A DNA stretch of 64,000 nucleotides from Flaccisagitta enflata (GCA_965153355.1 OZ231126.1:39556001-39620000); one strand, 5' to 3'; numbered from the stretch's first letter, positions 13,600 through 27,700 are shown. A program made the numbers and translations. Notes: generated by a model not told the origin, from the sequence alone.

Positions 13600-13990
13600 T
13601 CAATAAACAAGTGTATTGATGTTTTATACAAGAAAACATGTTTTTGAGTATAGCTGCCCGTCTGCTGTGTTTTTCAGTATTCTAGCTCAATTAGCTCATT
13701 TAGCTGTCTTTTTTTCTAATTCTTAATAAGATAAATGAATAAATGTTTTGATACATGTTTTATCATGGAAATACAAAAAAACATTTCAATGAGCATAGTT
13801 GCTCAAATGTGAGGGTGTTTTTGAGTATTTTAGTTCATTTAGCTCAGTCTTTTTTTACTTAAAATGGGATAATAAAACGTTTTGATGTAAGCATGTATAT
13901 ACAAGAAAGCATGTCAGTGAGCATCGCTGGTTGTCTGGTTGGTAGATTTTGAGTATTTAACTTATCAAGCTCATTTGGCTCAGTCCTATT
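13600..13990. repeat. Degenerate ~130-145 bp tandem repeat (three units); related unit at ~33500-33600
   Basis: Recurring TGAG(C/T)AT.G.TG...AGTATT...AGCTCA motif at ~13645, ~13790 and ~13918. Confidence 0.55.
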
Positions 13991-14208
13991 TTTCTGTGAC
14001 AATCAATACATATAATTGCTCTTGATTTAACAAATAAAAAAATTGCAGTGATTGAAGAAAAAAAAAGTGCCCAATGCTTACAATTTTGCAAAAAAAGTGC
14101 CCTATGCTTACAACTTTGTTCCTCACGACGACAGCCGCCATTACTGGTAAGTTTCTAGGCAATTGGGGAACTTATTTCATTGAACTTCCTGAGTAATACG
14201 CGAATTTG

Positions 14209-14760
14209 TAGTCGCGTGCTACGCGACTCTACACCCCGCTTTGTCCGTCGGTCGGTCGGTCGGTCGGTTGGTTGGTCGGTCGGTCGGTCGGTCACACTTT
14301 ACTATTTTTATTCGTTTTATTCCTACTAACTCATTTTAAGTCAATTAGGTCATTGAAAGTCAAATTAGATCATTTTAAGTCATTTTAAGTCAGTTTAAGT
14401 CAATTTAAGTCATTTGAGTTATTTTTATAGTTTTCATCATTTTAGTGATTTTAGGTCTGTTTAAGTCATTTTAGGTCAGTTAAATTCAATTTCAGTAATT
14501 CTAGGTCAATTTAAGCCATTTAAAGTCATTTTATATCAATTTAAGTCAACTTAAGTCATTCTAGTCACTTAATCATTTTAGTCATTTTAGGTCAATTCAA
14601 GTCAAATTTGGTCATTTTAAGTCATTTTAGGTCATTTAAAATCCTTTTAAGTCATGTTATATAAATTCAATTCAATAAAAGTCACTTTAGTTATGTGGTT
14701 ATGTAATAAAGAAATTACATATTTAAGTCTCGCACGCGACTTATAGGTGTTGGCCTTGTT
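14209..14760 (+). mobile_element. DINE-1/HINE-like element with internal 10-bp (AAGTCATTTT)n array
   Basis: TAGTCGCGTGCTACGCGACT, (GGTC)n, 10-bp array, then CTCGCACGCGACTTATAGGTGTTGGCCTTGTT. Confidence 0.8.
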
Positions 14761-15221
14761 CAAGAATAAACCATGATTGCTTCATGATTGTTTCACAGAT
14801 CAATGCTTCACGGATCAATCGTAATTTCTCTATAGGGCAGACGTGTTTGATTCAAAGTATCAAGGTTAAGACTGTCCCGCTACCGCTTGCACACTCACAT
14901 TCTCTGTCACTTAGCCGTTAATCCAGATTCACGATGTTTCAAGAACATAAGATTTACGGCATTTTTGGTTCCCAGGGTCAGAATGAAAACGAATTTACAA
15001 ATTAGTTGAAAATGACGAGATCTCACTTTTGAGGTCACACGTGTCAAATGTCTCAAGAATTCGAACCAAGGGCAAGGGCATTTCAAATTCTTTTGATTTC
15101 ACGTGGTTGATTTGCGTATAGGCAATTCCATAACTCGCCATATCGTTCCGTCCGGCGGTCGTTCCTTCGCTCCATCAGTTTGTATTACTTTGTGTTTTTT
15201 TTTCGGCCTTGACAGACGTTT

Positions 15222-15368
15222 TTAGTCGCAGACACGCACTCAACACCTTACCGTGTCGGTCGGTAGGTCCGTCGGTCCGTCCGTCACATTTTTGATTTCC
15301 GAGCGGTTTTCGCGTTACTGCTCCTGCCCAACCGTCCGCGACTGGATTGCCGTGTATCCGGCCTTGTT
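15222..15368 (+). mobile_element. Short DINE-1/HINE-like element (~150 bp subfamily); other copies ~18270-18402, 23338-23486, 24456-24622, 29949-30108, 55877-56025, 60443-60573
   Basis: TAGTCGC.GACACGC.ACT...CTGCTCCTGCCCAACCGTCCGCGACTGGATTGCCGTGTATCCGGCCTTGTT shared in whole or part among copies. Confidence 0.78.
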
Positions 15369-16039
15369 TACGTTACTGCTGAGGCTCTTGCCCAAAAAAT
15401 ATTTCGACTCGGGTAACCATGTTACCATGCTACCTTTTCGGCACATAAATGGTGAATATAGAGACTCTCTATCAAAGAGGCAATTATAGTTATTGAGCAA
15501 GGCGGTAGTCGGGCAGGGTCACGGTGGTTGCAGATATGGAACGCTGCCATAAACTCAATGGGACTTCGAGTTTGAGCATATGTCAACGTCTGATCAGACT
15601 CAGAGCGCCGGTGCTGATTTACGGAGGGACGGACCATCTTTCAATGACCTATAGATTCCTTATGATGCCAAGGAATGTAAGTTATCTCATGTAATGATCT
15701 ACGCAGGAGAAAACCAAAAAAATGGTAACTAGATCTATTCACTCAATCTGATGTATGTCAAAAGCAGCTAAGGTCGAGGACTCAATGAAACGAAATGAAA
15801 CGTTTTAAATGTGTGTCAATATAAATGTCAGACATGAAATGAAAAAGAAAAGGAGAGAAAAAAGAAAGAAAAAGAAATGATATGAAATTTGAAAACGTAG
15901 CAAAAAATGAAAGATTCTTTGCTATCTCTCTGTCTTTTTCTCGTTTCGCGGAATTTCATATTTGTTTGTCTAAGCAAAGAAAAAAAAAGATTTTAAAGTG
16001 ATTAAGATTGGAGAAGGGCAGAGAAACCGCAAAAACAAA

Positions 16040-16141
<102 letters not shown>

Positions 16142-16287
16142 GTAGTATTTGGATATGAGAATTATATTAACAAGTCTTGAAGATGCTGATGAAATAAGGC
16201 AAAGAATTCAATAATACTGATAAAAATTGACCAAAAAAGATGAAATTTTTTTAAAAAGAATCTATCGAAATAAAGAAAAAAACTTAC

Positions 16288-16359
16288 TTGGTTGGTTTAT
16301 TTTTTTCTGGGCCGTCGTGGGTGGTTGAACCAACGTTTTGGTGGCGGATGAGGAAGAAG

Positions 16360-16390
<31 letters not shown>

Positions 16391-17961
16391 TTGAGTTCCC
16401 TCCGTCTCTTCGTCGTACACCTGCTCTTCTTCCCCTTCTTCCCCCCAATTTCCCCAATCCTCCGGCCAGTCATGGTCGTCGTTGTTGCTGCTGTCGATTT
16501 GAACGATGAAGGAATCATATACTGGGCTTTTGTCTGTTGTCGTTGTTGGCGCCATTGTTATTGTCGTTGTTGGCGCCTTTGTTATTGTTGTTGTCGTTTC
16601 TTGCGTTGTGGATGCTCCTTGAGGCGTCTTAGAGCCATCCGCTTCCTCGTCGAACGTCGATGACAACGTCGTAGAAGAAGTTTGGCTCTCTTTGGTCAAT
16701 AACGGCGTCGAGGGCGCCGTCCTGGGCGATTGCGCCATTTTTTGCGTCGTATTCTGCCGATTGAAGTTGATCGTGGAAGAAGAATTCGCCGAAGCCGGAG
16801 ATTTGCCGGCGATGGCGTCATCGGCGGCGTCGGCGGCGACTTGGAGTTGCGCCTCCTCCTCAGCGCCGCCCTTAAGTATGTTCTTGACGTAGTTTTTAAT
16901 AATCTCCATCGTAGAAGGAGTCCTTTGTTGTTGTTGTTGTTGTCGTGGTTGCGGAGGTTGAAGTTCATGTTGCGGCTTCCGCGTCGTTGGATAAGAGGTC
17001 GCTGACGCTTCACTCTGGATCATGGACCGCGTTGTTTGCGCGGAGATCGTCGACGTTGTCGAGGAAGGTGAGGACAAGGTTGTTGAGTAGGACACAGTTG
17101 GAGACGATGGGGGTGATGATGAAGAAGGAGGAGGAGGTGAAGGAGAAGAGGAAGAAGCCAGTCTAGCGGCCAATGTGGTTGTGAGTATCACTCTGCCCAA
17201 GCCTTCGATGGGTCCTTTCGAAGGACCCCTAAAAATTGCTTCCTCTGGCTCGACAGCATCTGGTTGTACAGTCACTGGCTGCGGAACGAATTTCTGCTGC
17301 ACTGGCACGAATTCCTGTTGCACTGGCACGAATTCTTGTTGCACTGGCACGAGTTCCCGCTGCTCCATCGTTGATACTTGTTGCGGGGAAGTTGTTGTAG
17401 TTGTCGCAGTTGTTGTTGTCATAATTTGAGGTTCTGCCGTTGATAATGATGATGCATCCGTCAACGCAGTATCGTCGATAATCACTGCATCACCTCCCTC
17501 AGACGCTCCAGCGATTGAAGGGAAAGGGGGCATCACTGGCCGTGGGGTGGGATTGTTTCCTCTTCCTCCTTTCCCTCCATTTCCCCTTCCTCCTCCTCCT
17601 CCTCTTCCTCCTCCTCTACCACCACTTTCACCGACGGACTTTTCCGCCGCAACGGCGACGATTCGGAAATGGGAGTTTTGTTTTCGAAAGTGAGCCAAAA
17701 CGGCCTCAACCTTGACAAAGTTATCAAAAACGATTGGATTGGGTTTTCGACGTCCACAGATAGTCACAGGCGCTCTCCGCTCCGCCGACCTGCTGCTGCT
17801 ACTGCCGCTGCTGCCGCCGCGAATGCTTCCGGATCCTCGATGGGACGATAGAGGTGGGAGAGCCGTGCAATTATCACTGGAAAAACGGAGTCCATCTCTA
17901 CAGGAAGTTCCATTGGGTCGACGGAAGTGAAGCGACTCAAACCGTATCGTGATATTGCGAC
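16288..17961 (-). CDS. CUB/mucin-like gene, exon E, - copy
   Basis: Reverse complement of 60882-62555; 1674 nt; identical translation over the exon. Confidence 0.83.
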
Positions 17962-18521
17962 CTGAAATGAAAAAAAATGTTTCTTTCACTTTTTCCTTTT
18001 TTTTTTGCAATTTTGACCTGTTTCATCGGAGAGAGGCAAAAGGCAAGCAAATCAATGCTGCATTTAGCTCAGTTGTGAAATGCCCATTTGTGCTCAATTT
18101 GTTTTTTCATAGGACTTCTCTTAAGTCAATTGTAATCTGTTTACCGATGTGATTTTATTTTGTTTGTTTGCTGTTCTTTGTTTTTTGCTCCATTCAGATG
18201 ATCAATGCTGCCGATTGAGAAACAATCGCCATATCAGTTGTCCAACACAATAAAATTTAACGGTATTTATTGGTCGCGGACACGCGACTCTACACCTTGC
18301 CGTGTCGGTCGGTAGGTCGGTCGGTCCGTCGATCGGTCGGTCCGTCACATTTTTGAATTCCGAGCGATTTACGCATTACTGCTCCTGCCCAACCGTCCGC
18401 GGTATTTATTTTAACCCAATCTCCCACCCATTCCGTATGTGTAAATCTGTATCTCTCTCTGAACAGTGAAGTGTATATGTGTATGCTGTGTACCAGTCAT
18501 TCCGACCTTCCTCATACTCAC

Positions 18522-18828
18522 CAGGTAGCGCCCGCAGTACCCAACCGCAGGCTTGTAGTCTTCCCGAAACGCCGCCGCTAAATTCCATTTTATACTCATG
18601 ATGATCGTGCATCAATATGACGGGAGAAGAGGAGGAGGACGAAGGAGAGGAAGAGGACGTGAAAGAGCGATAAGACACTGGGGAGCAGCCGGGAAGGTTC
18701 GAAGTTGGTGTGAATTGGAGGCTGGTCGGTGAGATGCGGTGACGGCCGTTGAACAGCGAAGTGGGCCGACAGTCTTTCTGGGCGAGTGGAATGACTGAAG
18801 GAGGCGGTGGAATTTTAACCGCTTTCAC
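18522..18828 (-). CDS. CUB/mucin-like gene, exon D, - copy
   Basis: Reverse complement of 60018-60324; identical translation in the ORF track; 307 nt. Confidence 0.8.
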
Positions 18829-18944
18829 CTGAGAATGCAAGAAAGGAAAAAACATTTATCTGCTCAAACAGTGGCAAACGACATTGCGTGCCCGCGAATG
18901 TGAACGGCGTGAGAAAGGTACAAGATGTTTATTAAGGCGCTTAC

Positions 18945-19134
18945 CACCATCTCGAAGCCTTTACTGGCGTCTTGATGATCGGTGTTGAAGTTGATCGTGA
19001 TTTTCGAGTGATTGTGTTCGATGGGCATGGAAAGGTCTCTGGGCTTGTTTCGATCACACATCGGCCCGCGGACCACTCTGTTATCGTGATGCAGGCTCAC
19101 GTAGTCTCCTGAACAATCGTTACCGCTCAAAGAC
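18945..19134 (-). CDS. CUB/mucin-like gene, exon C, - copy
   Basis: Reverse complement of 59712-59901 with the same splice sites and translation. No upstream exons A/B found on the - strand. Confidence 0.8.
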
Positions 19135-20414
19135 CTGAACGGAATAAAAAGGGAAAAAATTAAAACAAAGAATGGTCGCAAAAGTGTCAGATGGTCAGTG
19201 GATCCCGATGGCTCTTGTAAGTTGTACTTGAATTAAAATTTAAGACCTGAGGTTTGGATTTTAGTCCAAGACTCTGGCAGACGGATGGGCAGGGCGGAAA
19301 TGCGCGTTTTCACACTTTTTGACTCGTGTTCACGGATCGACCGACAGACGGACGGGCTGACGGACGGACGGACGGACGGACGAACGGACGGACAGACAAA
19401 AGCTCTAATAGAGTTGCATGTGCGCAACAAAAAAGAATTGGAGCCTCAATGCTATGATTTAGAATATTCTCTCATATAAAAGCATAGGTCTTTGGCCCCC
19501 TTCGTGGCCGCTGCCCAAAAAGTGTGGGCAGAAACGTGAAAAATGATAACTCAAGCACATGATTTATTGACTTTGATGATCTTGATTGGCTAATGAGTAG
19601 GGCCATAAATGACAAACCAAGACACTTATATACTTCATGTGAAAGAGGCGTGGGTGGATGTCCTTCACTTTGCTCCTAAGCTCTTTCTTTTGTTCGGGCT
19701 ATCATATGATGAATTTTTTCTAGTCTTTTTTTGATAAAAATGTGTTCGGTTAGTCGATTTAAACAGCGCTGGCCCTGACCAGTTTGCAGTTCCCCTCACG
19801 TCCTATTGAGGTGTGGGAAAAACCACCATTTTTAGAAGCCATTGCCATTCTTATAAAAGTTATATAATCATAATACATGTGAGGTTGGGACAGCCGAGCA
19901 ATGCTCGGCGCAGCTACCGACAAACACATCCGCCCAGAAATTCGCTAGCTTTAATTTCTAAAATAATCGAATTTCATGCGGGATAAAGTTCCCATAGCAA
20001 CGGAGATTGTTTGGAAATCTCGAAAAGAATCAAAAGCCATCACTGCGCTATTGAACCCCTTTCTTCAGAATTCGTATCCGGTTCATGTCCAGTTTCATGA
20101 CCAACTAGTTAAACGCAGAATCAAAACTTGCAAACTCTGTTTATTAGTGTCTCAATGATTCTTCAAGCCTCTTCACAAACAAATAACAAAAAAGTGTCAT
20201 TATAGTTTAGATAATTTGAGAACAAATGATGAATGAATGAAAAAAAAAAACATTCTATAAGATAGATGATTGATTTCAATTTTTTGCGGAGGAGAGTCAA
20301 TAGGACCGGCAGTAGTTAACTTTAACTAGTTAGTTAACCAGTTAATTTTCTGAAAATGGTAGTAGTTGAGTTTCGACGTTCAGCGAATACATCATGTTGA
20401 TTGCCGATAAAAGC

Positions 20415-21020
20415 TATCATTCATTCACTCATTCATTCATTCATCTATTCAGCCAGTCAGCTTGCCAGCTTCACAGCCATTGTCAGTCAGTCACTCATAC
20501 ATTCATTCATTCAGCCATTCATTCATTAATTCAGTCATTCATTCACTCATTTGTTCAGTCATTCCTTCACTATCTTTTCATTTGATCATTCATGTATTCA
20601 TGCCTGCCTCATTCATTCATTCATTCATTCATTCATTCATTCATTCATTCATTCATTCATTCATTCATTCAATCATTCATTTTTGTTTATTCATTCATTT
20701 CTTCTTTTACTTCTAATTCTTCATTTTTCATCATTCAATGTTTCTTCTTTTATTTCTAATTCTTTCACTCATACCTAATTTCATTCATTCATTTATTTAT
20801 CATTTTATTCATTCATTCATTCATTCATCCATTCATTTATGATAGAATTGGAAGTCAGTTGTAAAAAGCATTCATTCATTCATTCATTCATTCATTCATT
20901 CATTCATTCATTCATTCATTCATTCATTCATTCATTCATTCATTCATTCATTCATTTATACATCTATTCATCCATTAATTCATTTTTCATTCATTCATTC
21001 GTTGTTTCATTCATTTCATC
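20415..21020. repeat. (TTCA)n microsatellite region
   Basis: Directly visible. Confidence 0.9.
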
Positions 21021-21379
21021 ATTTATCTATTTCTACCTTCTTTCCTCCTAGGACTGTCAGGAACTCTTTCTCGGTGTTGTTGCATGTCAGGAGCATGTGT
21101 AAATTGCATCCCAGTCTGCCATTTTCATCCCAGCTTTCTCCTCCCAGTTTTTGCCAAGGCTTCTCCTTCCAGACTTTTTGTTGTTGCTCCAGATTCCAAG
21201 AGAGTAAAAAAAAAGAGAAAGAAAAAAAAAAAACGAATGAAAAGAAAAGAGAGGAAAAAAGAAAAAAGTGCCAGAAATAGGAGGCAAAAAGGCAAAAAAA
21301 TAGGGTAATGGAATCAAGGAATAACAGACGGAGGAGAACTAAAAGAAGACTGACTGACTAGGGCTGGAAATATCAAAAC

Positions 21380-21466
<87 letters not shown>

Positions 21467-22064
21467 ATATATATATAGAGGAGCACACCAGAGCAGTGAC
21501 CAGGACAGGGACTGAAGTGGAGACAACAGAGAGAAGAAAGAGAGAGGGGAGACAGGAAGGGAGTGACAATTAGACAGAAGCAGATAGACAAAGACACAGA
21601 GGGAAACTAAAAGGATAAGAGAAAAAAAAGACAAATCCAGCAAAAAAGTTGAAACGCTACAGATACAGAATATAATAGACACTTATGGGGTAAGCGATAG
21701 GACTGTCACATGGGTGAGCAAAGTGACAATTTATGGATATTGAGGAGGCAATGATGAGAAATTGATGTTAAGCAGGTTTTGGCAGTTAAGATAAACTGTG
21801 TCAATCACCAAACCACCATAAACATGCGCATATGCACTCACACACGCACACGCACGCTTTCACAAAGAAAGCAGGCACGCATATGTACGATTTTCAAGAG
21901 GAGACACCAATGAGTGTTGTGGCAATAAAAAAAACATCATTTCTTGATGATATTTTGGTAATAAAAATCATCGGCGGAACATTACGCTACTGCTTTATCA
22001 TCATTCTTCTTTTTCTTAACAAGTTAAGCAGCATGTGGACGCATCGTTGTACCCCCGTTGTTCC

Positions 22065-22580
22065 TCTCATTTCCCTTCTTTTTTTTCTTCTTTCCTTTCC
22101 TTTCCTTTCTTTCTATCCACTTTTGGTTCAACCTCCTTACTTGTTTCTCTTTCTTTTCATTTCTGTTTTTTTTCTTCTCATCATCTTTTCTTCTTTTTTT
22201 CTCCCATCTTCTTCTTTCTTTTTTTCTTCTCCAATTTCCCACATACTTCTTTTTTTACTTTTCTTTTTCTTTTTCCTTCTTTTTCATCTCTTCCTCATCA
22301 TCATCATCATCATCTTCTTTTTTCTTTTCTTTTTTCTTTTCTGACTCTTCATCATCTTCTTCTTATTCTTTTTCTTCTTCTTCTTCTTCTTCTTCTTCTT
22401 ATTCTCTTCTTCTCTCTTTTCTTCCTCTTCATTTTCTTCTTCTTCTTCTCTTTCTTCTTTTTCTCTTCTTCTTCGCACACTTCTCGCATCTTCCTTCTCT
22501 TCCTTCTCACTTCTTTTTTTTCCTGTTTTTGTTTCTGTTTCTGCTTCATCATCTACATCTTCCATTTCTTCTTTTTTAGG
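22065..22580. repeat. Polypyrimidine (TTC)n low-complexity tract
   Basis: Directly visible. Confidence 0.9.
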
Positions 22581-22691
22581 CAACAATGTCATTTTTCTAA
22601 AAGATTCATCATTTGCACTGATTGCCCTGATCTTTCCCCTGACTCGGTCCGCTGATCTCCAAAAACGAGGGAGCTAGGACTCATGATTTGT

Positions 22692-22769
<78 letters not shown>

Positions 22770-22807
22770 TATATATATTAAGAAAGAGACAGAGAGAGAG
22801 AGAGAGA

Positions 22808-22861
<54 letters not shown>

Positions 22862-22973
22862 AGACAAATAAGAGAAGGTTTTCGTTCTGATATTTCAGTA
22901 CGAGGGTCCATTTCCATTATTCAGCAGACATTATCTATTATGCTTATTCAGTTATTCGTTGTCAGAGCATTGA

Positions 22974-23061
<88 letters not shown>

Positions 23062-24769
23062 CAAAATGAGAGACTCATGAATGGATAAAACAAACTGTTG
23101 GGATATGAGTGATATCCAATCATACAGGGAAGAAGAGAGGCAGAGAGACGGATCAGCCCGCTTCATATACTTTCTTGGCATCTTCTAGGTGTCAGTTTAC
23201 TGAGTTAGGCGTGCATATGTGAAAATCATGTATATCAAGGAAGTAAGCTTGTTGACTATCAATAGTTATTCAGTCATACAGTTTTGCAGGTGGCTCGCTG
23301 ACTTAGCATTTGCAAAAAAAAAAAAAAAGAAAAACAAAACAAGGCTGGATACACGGCACCACATTCGAGGACGGTTGGGCAGGAGCAATGATGCAAAAAA
23401 CCATTAGCAATTCAAAAATGATAAAGACGGAGGGAGCGATGAACCGACTGACACAGCAATGCATAGTGTTGCATGTCCGCGATTCAAAAATGCAGTTTGT
23501 GAGATGAACCTGCCTTCACAGATGCCAAAAGCATGAAATATAGTGGACAAAAGGAATGGCTGCTACACTATGAGGCATGGGGGTAATGAAGCACGATGGC
23601 CCAACGGTGTAGGAGATGGGACGTCAGAGACATCAGCTGACATTCCTCAGATTGTTGGTGTTTGGGTTGCTAGTGTTTGGTTGGCAAATCCTTTTAAGTA
23701 GTATTCATTATTTTTTTTAATTTCTGGTTTATATGAAGCTTGCAGCACTGTAAAACTTTTGTACAGTCAATATGTGAAAAATAATGTTTTTTTCACAACT
23801 ATGCCTTCTCTTGGAACACTGTGACATGAATTGCTATTTAAAGAGTTTGAAGAGTGGAGTCAAAACAAAATATCCAAATGATTTGGGCATCATTTTGCAC
23901 TAGACAAGTATCTAAATTCATTTTGATAATTTTTTTCTTCAAACCCAAATGCGGGTCCGTTTCCAGATTCTTAGTGCTCACTGCTGAGTCAGCTGACAAA
24001 TCCAAAAGCAGTTTCTGGAGTCTGGACTTTTAATTGGCTTGGATCATCATTCAAGAATACATCCCCAACTAATGGCTGCAGGTCTTGATTTGGACTACTC
24101 CTCAGTCAGGAGTCCTCACAGATTCAACTCGGCTTACTGACGTTCCTCCAAATTTTCATGCGCTACACTGCTTACCGAGGTCTAAACGGCCTCTGGGCTT
24201 TTTTGTCGGCGGGAATCATCATTCATGAATACATTTCCGACTAATGGCTCCAGATCTGGATTTGGATTACTCCTTTCGCTGACTCGACTCACACTCACTA
24301 CCGAGAGTCTTTTTGTCGTGCGCATTTTTATGTTATTGTATTTGTGCGCCATTCTTGTTCTATTGTCTCACATCATTATATTAACGGATTGGATACGGCA
24401 GGTGCTTCATTTGTTGATTTTATCATAACTGTACTTCTAATTTGGGGGATACAAAAACAAGGCCGGATACACGGCAAGAGCAGTAAAGCAAAACCGCGCG
24501 CAATTCTAAAATGTGACTGACGGACGGACCAACGGACGGTTGGATAGACAGACGTACGGACCAATGGACCGACATGGCAAGGTGTGACATGGCAAGGTGT
24601 AGAGTTGCGTGTCTGCGACTAAAAATTAGAAGTGTGTTTCCAGCATGGTGACTGTCTATGGGCGGTTCCCATATGAATGACCGCCATTGACGGCCGATGA
24701 AAGAATGACAGTGTAAGACTTAAAGTAAGTCTGCCTAAAAACCAAAAGATATTGGGAATAGGAGATCGC

Positions 24770-27700
24770 GCCCTCCATCCTTCCGCCCTCCCTTTTCTGA
24801 AATATACCTCCAAAGAACAAATTGCTAATTTCTGTTCAGTAGCCCTCCCTTTAAGGTCCCGCCCTCCCTCTGGAAAAAGGTTTAAACCATATTCTATTGC
24901 TTTCAGCCCTCCCCAATGCCCGCCATGAAATGGTTAGAACCATATTGTTTTTCCAGCCCTCTTTCCAATGCCGCCCTCCCTTTCATGAAAATGGTTAGAA
25001 CTATATTTTGTTGCTTCCAGCCCTCCCTTCCAATGCTCAACTTTTCATTCGTGAAAATGGTTAGAACCATATTTTGTTGCCTCCAGCCCTCCCTTCCAAT
25101 ACCCGCCCCTCTCTTTCATGAAAATGGTTAGAACTATATTTGCTGTTTATGCCTTGCCTTCCCTTCCGATGCCTGCCCTCCTTTCATGAAAATGGCACAG
25201 GATCCATATTTTGCTGCTTCTCCCTTCCAATGCCCGCCCTCCCTTTTCTGGCGAAATGAAAATAGAAATCCATATTCCTGTTGTTTCCAGCCCTCCTTCC
25301 AATGCCTGCTCCTCCTCTGCGATGAAAATGGTGAACCATATTTTGTTGCTTCCAGCCCTCCTTCCAATGCCTGCCCTCCCTTTCATGAAAATGGTTAGAA
25401 CCATATTTTGTTGCTTCCAGCCCTTCCAATGCCTGCCCTCCCTTTCATGAAATTGCATAGAAACATATTCTGTTGCTTCCAGCCCTTCCTTCCAATAGCC
25501 GCCCTCCCTTTCATGATAATGGTTAGAACCATATTTTGTTGCTTCAGCCCCTCTCCAATGCCTGCCCTCCTTTCACAGCCAAGAGAACCATATTTTGCTG
25601 CTTCCAGCCCTCCTTTCCAATGCCCGCCCTTTTCTATGAAAATGTTAGAACCATATTTGGTTGCTTTCAGCCCTCCCTTCCAATGCCCGTCCTCCTCTCA
25701 TGAAATGTTAGAACTATTTTGTTGCTTCCAGCCCTCCTTCCAATGCCCGAAGCTCTTAATGAAAATGGTGTTAGAACTATATTCTGATGCTTCAGCCTTT
25801 CCAATGCCGGCCCTCCCTTTCATGAAAATGGGTTAAACCATATTCTGTTGCTTCCAGCCCTCCCTTCCAATGCCCGCCCTCCCTTTCATGAAAATGGTTA
25901 GAACTATATTTTGCTGCTTCCAGTTCTCCCTTCCAATTTCAGGCCCCCCTTTAATAAAGATGGTTAGAACTATATTTTGTTGATTCCAGCCCTCCCTTCC
26001 AATGCCCGCCCTTCCTTTCATGAAAATGGTTAGAACTATATTCTGTTGTTTTTCCAGCCCTCCTTCCAATGCCTGCCCTCTTTCTTCATGGAAAATGGTT
26101 AGAACGATATTTTGTTTTTTCCAGCCCTCCTTTCCAATGCCCGCCCTCCCTTTCATGAAAATGGTTAGAACTATATTCTGTTGCTTCCAGCCCTCCCTTC
26201 CAATGCCCGCCCTCCCTTTCATGAAAATGGTTAGAACCATATTTTGTTGCTTCCAGCCCTCCTTTCCAATGCCCGCCCTCCTTTTCATGAAAATGTTAGA
26301 ACCATAGTTTTGTTATGCTTCCACCTGCTCCAATGCCAGCCCTTCCTTTCACAAAAATGGTTATAACTGTATTCTGTTGCTTCCAGCCCTCCCTTCCAAT
26401 GCCCGCCCTCCCTTTCATGAAAATGGTTAGAACCATATTTTGTTGCTTCCAGCCCTCCCTTCCAATGCCCGCCCCCCCTTTCATGAAAATGGTTAGAACC
26501 ATATTCTGTTGTCTTCAGCCCTCCCTTCCAATGCCTGCCCTCCTTTCATGAAAATGGTTAGAACCATGCCTTGCTGCTTCCAGCCCTCCTTCCAATACCC
26601 GGGCCCCTTACTGGAAGATGGCTTAGAATCCATTCTGTTGTTTCCACCTCCCTTCCAATGCCTGCCCTCCCTTTCATGAAAATGGGTTAAACCATATTTT
26701 GTTGCTTCCAGCCCTCCCTTCCAATGCTCACTTCTCCTTCATGAAAATATAGAACTTTATTTTGTTGCTTCCAGCCTCCCTTCCAATGCCCGCCTCCTTT
26801 CATGAAAATTGGTAGAACCATATTCTGTTGCTTTCAGCCCTCCGTTCCAACGCTCGATTTCCTTTTCATGAAAATTGGTAGAACCATATTTTGTTGCTTT
26901 CAGCCCTCCGCTCCAACGCCCGCCCTCCCTTTCATGAAAATGGTTTAAACCATATTTTGTTGCTTCCATTCTCCCCTTCCATGCCCATGGCTTCTTCATG
27001 AAAATGGTTAGAACCATATTCTGTTGCTTCAAGCCCTCCCTTTCCACGCCCGCCCTCCCTTTCATGAAAATGGGTTAAACCATACTTTATGCTGTTTCCA
27101 GCACTTCAAACCTGCCCCTCTTACCAAAAAAGGTTGTAATCACCTGTTGCTTCCAGCCCTCCCTTCCAATGCCCGCCCTCCCTTTCATGAAAATGGTTAG
27201 AACCATATTTTGTTGCTTCCAGCCCTCCCTTCCAATACCCGCCCTCCCTTTCATGAAAATGGTTAGAACCATATTCTGTTGCTTCCAGCCCTCCCTTCCA
27301 ATGCCCGCCCTCCCTTTCATGAAAATGGGTTGAACCATATTTTGTTGCTTCTAGCCCTCCCCCCCAACCCGCCCTCCCTTTACCAAAAAAGGTTGTAATC
27401 AAATTCTGTTGCTTCCAGCCTCCTTCAATGTGCCCGCCCCTCCCTTTCACATGAAAATGAGAACCATATTTTGTTGCTTTCAGCCCTCCCTTTCAATGCC
27501 TGGTTCTCCTTTTCATGAAAATGTTAGAACCATATTTGTTGCTCTAGCCCTCCTTCCAATGCCTGCCCTTTCACATCAAGAAAATGGTTAGAACCATATT
27601 TTGTTGCTTCCAGCCCTCCCTTCCAATGCCCGCCCTTTCTTTCATGAAAATGGTTAGAACCATATTCTGTTGCTTCCAGCCCTCCCTTCCAATGCCTGGG

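Noticed and set aside
15600-15680. Hammerhead ribozyme expected near PLE ends
   Set aside because: No intact CTGANGA...GAAA core with pairing stems found here or at the other CTGATGA sites I checked.
21050-21200. Unique island tested as a - strand 5' exon for the left CUB copy (also ~22580-22690)
   Set aside because: No similarity to exons A/B, no CUB motif and no convincing phase-2 donor.
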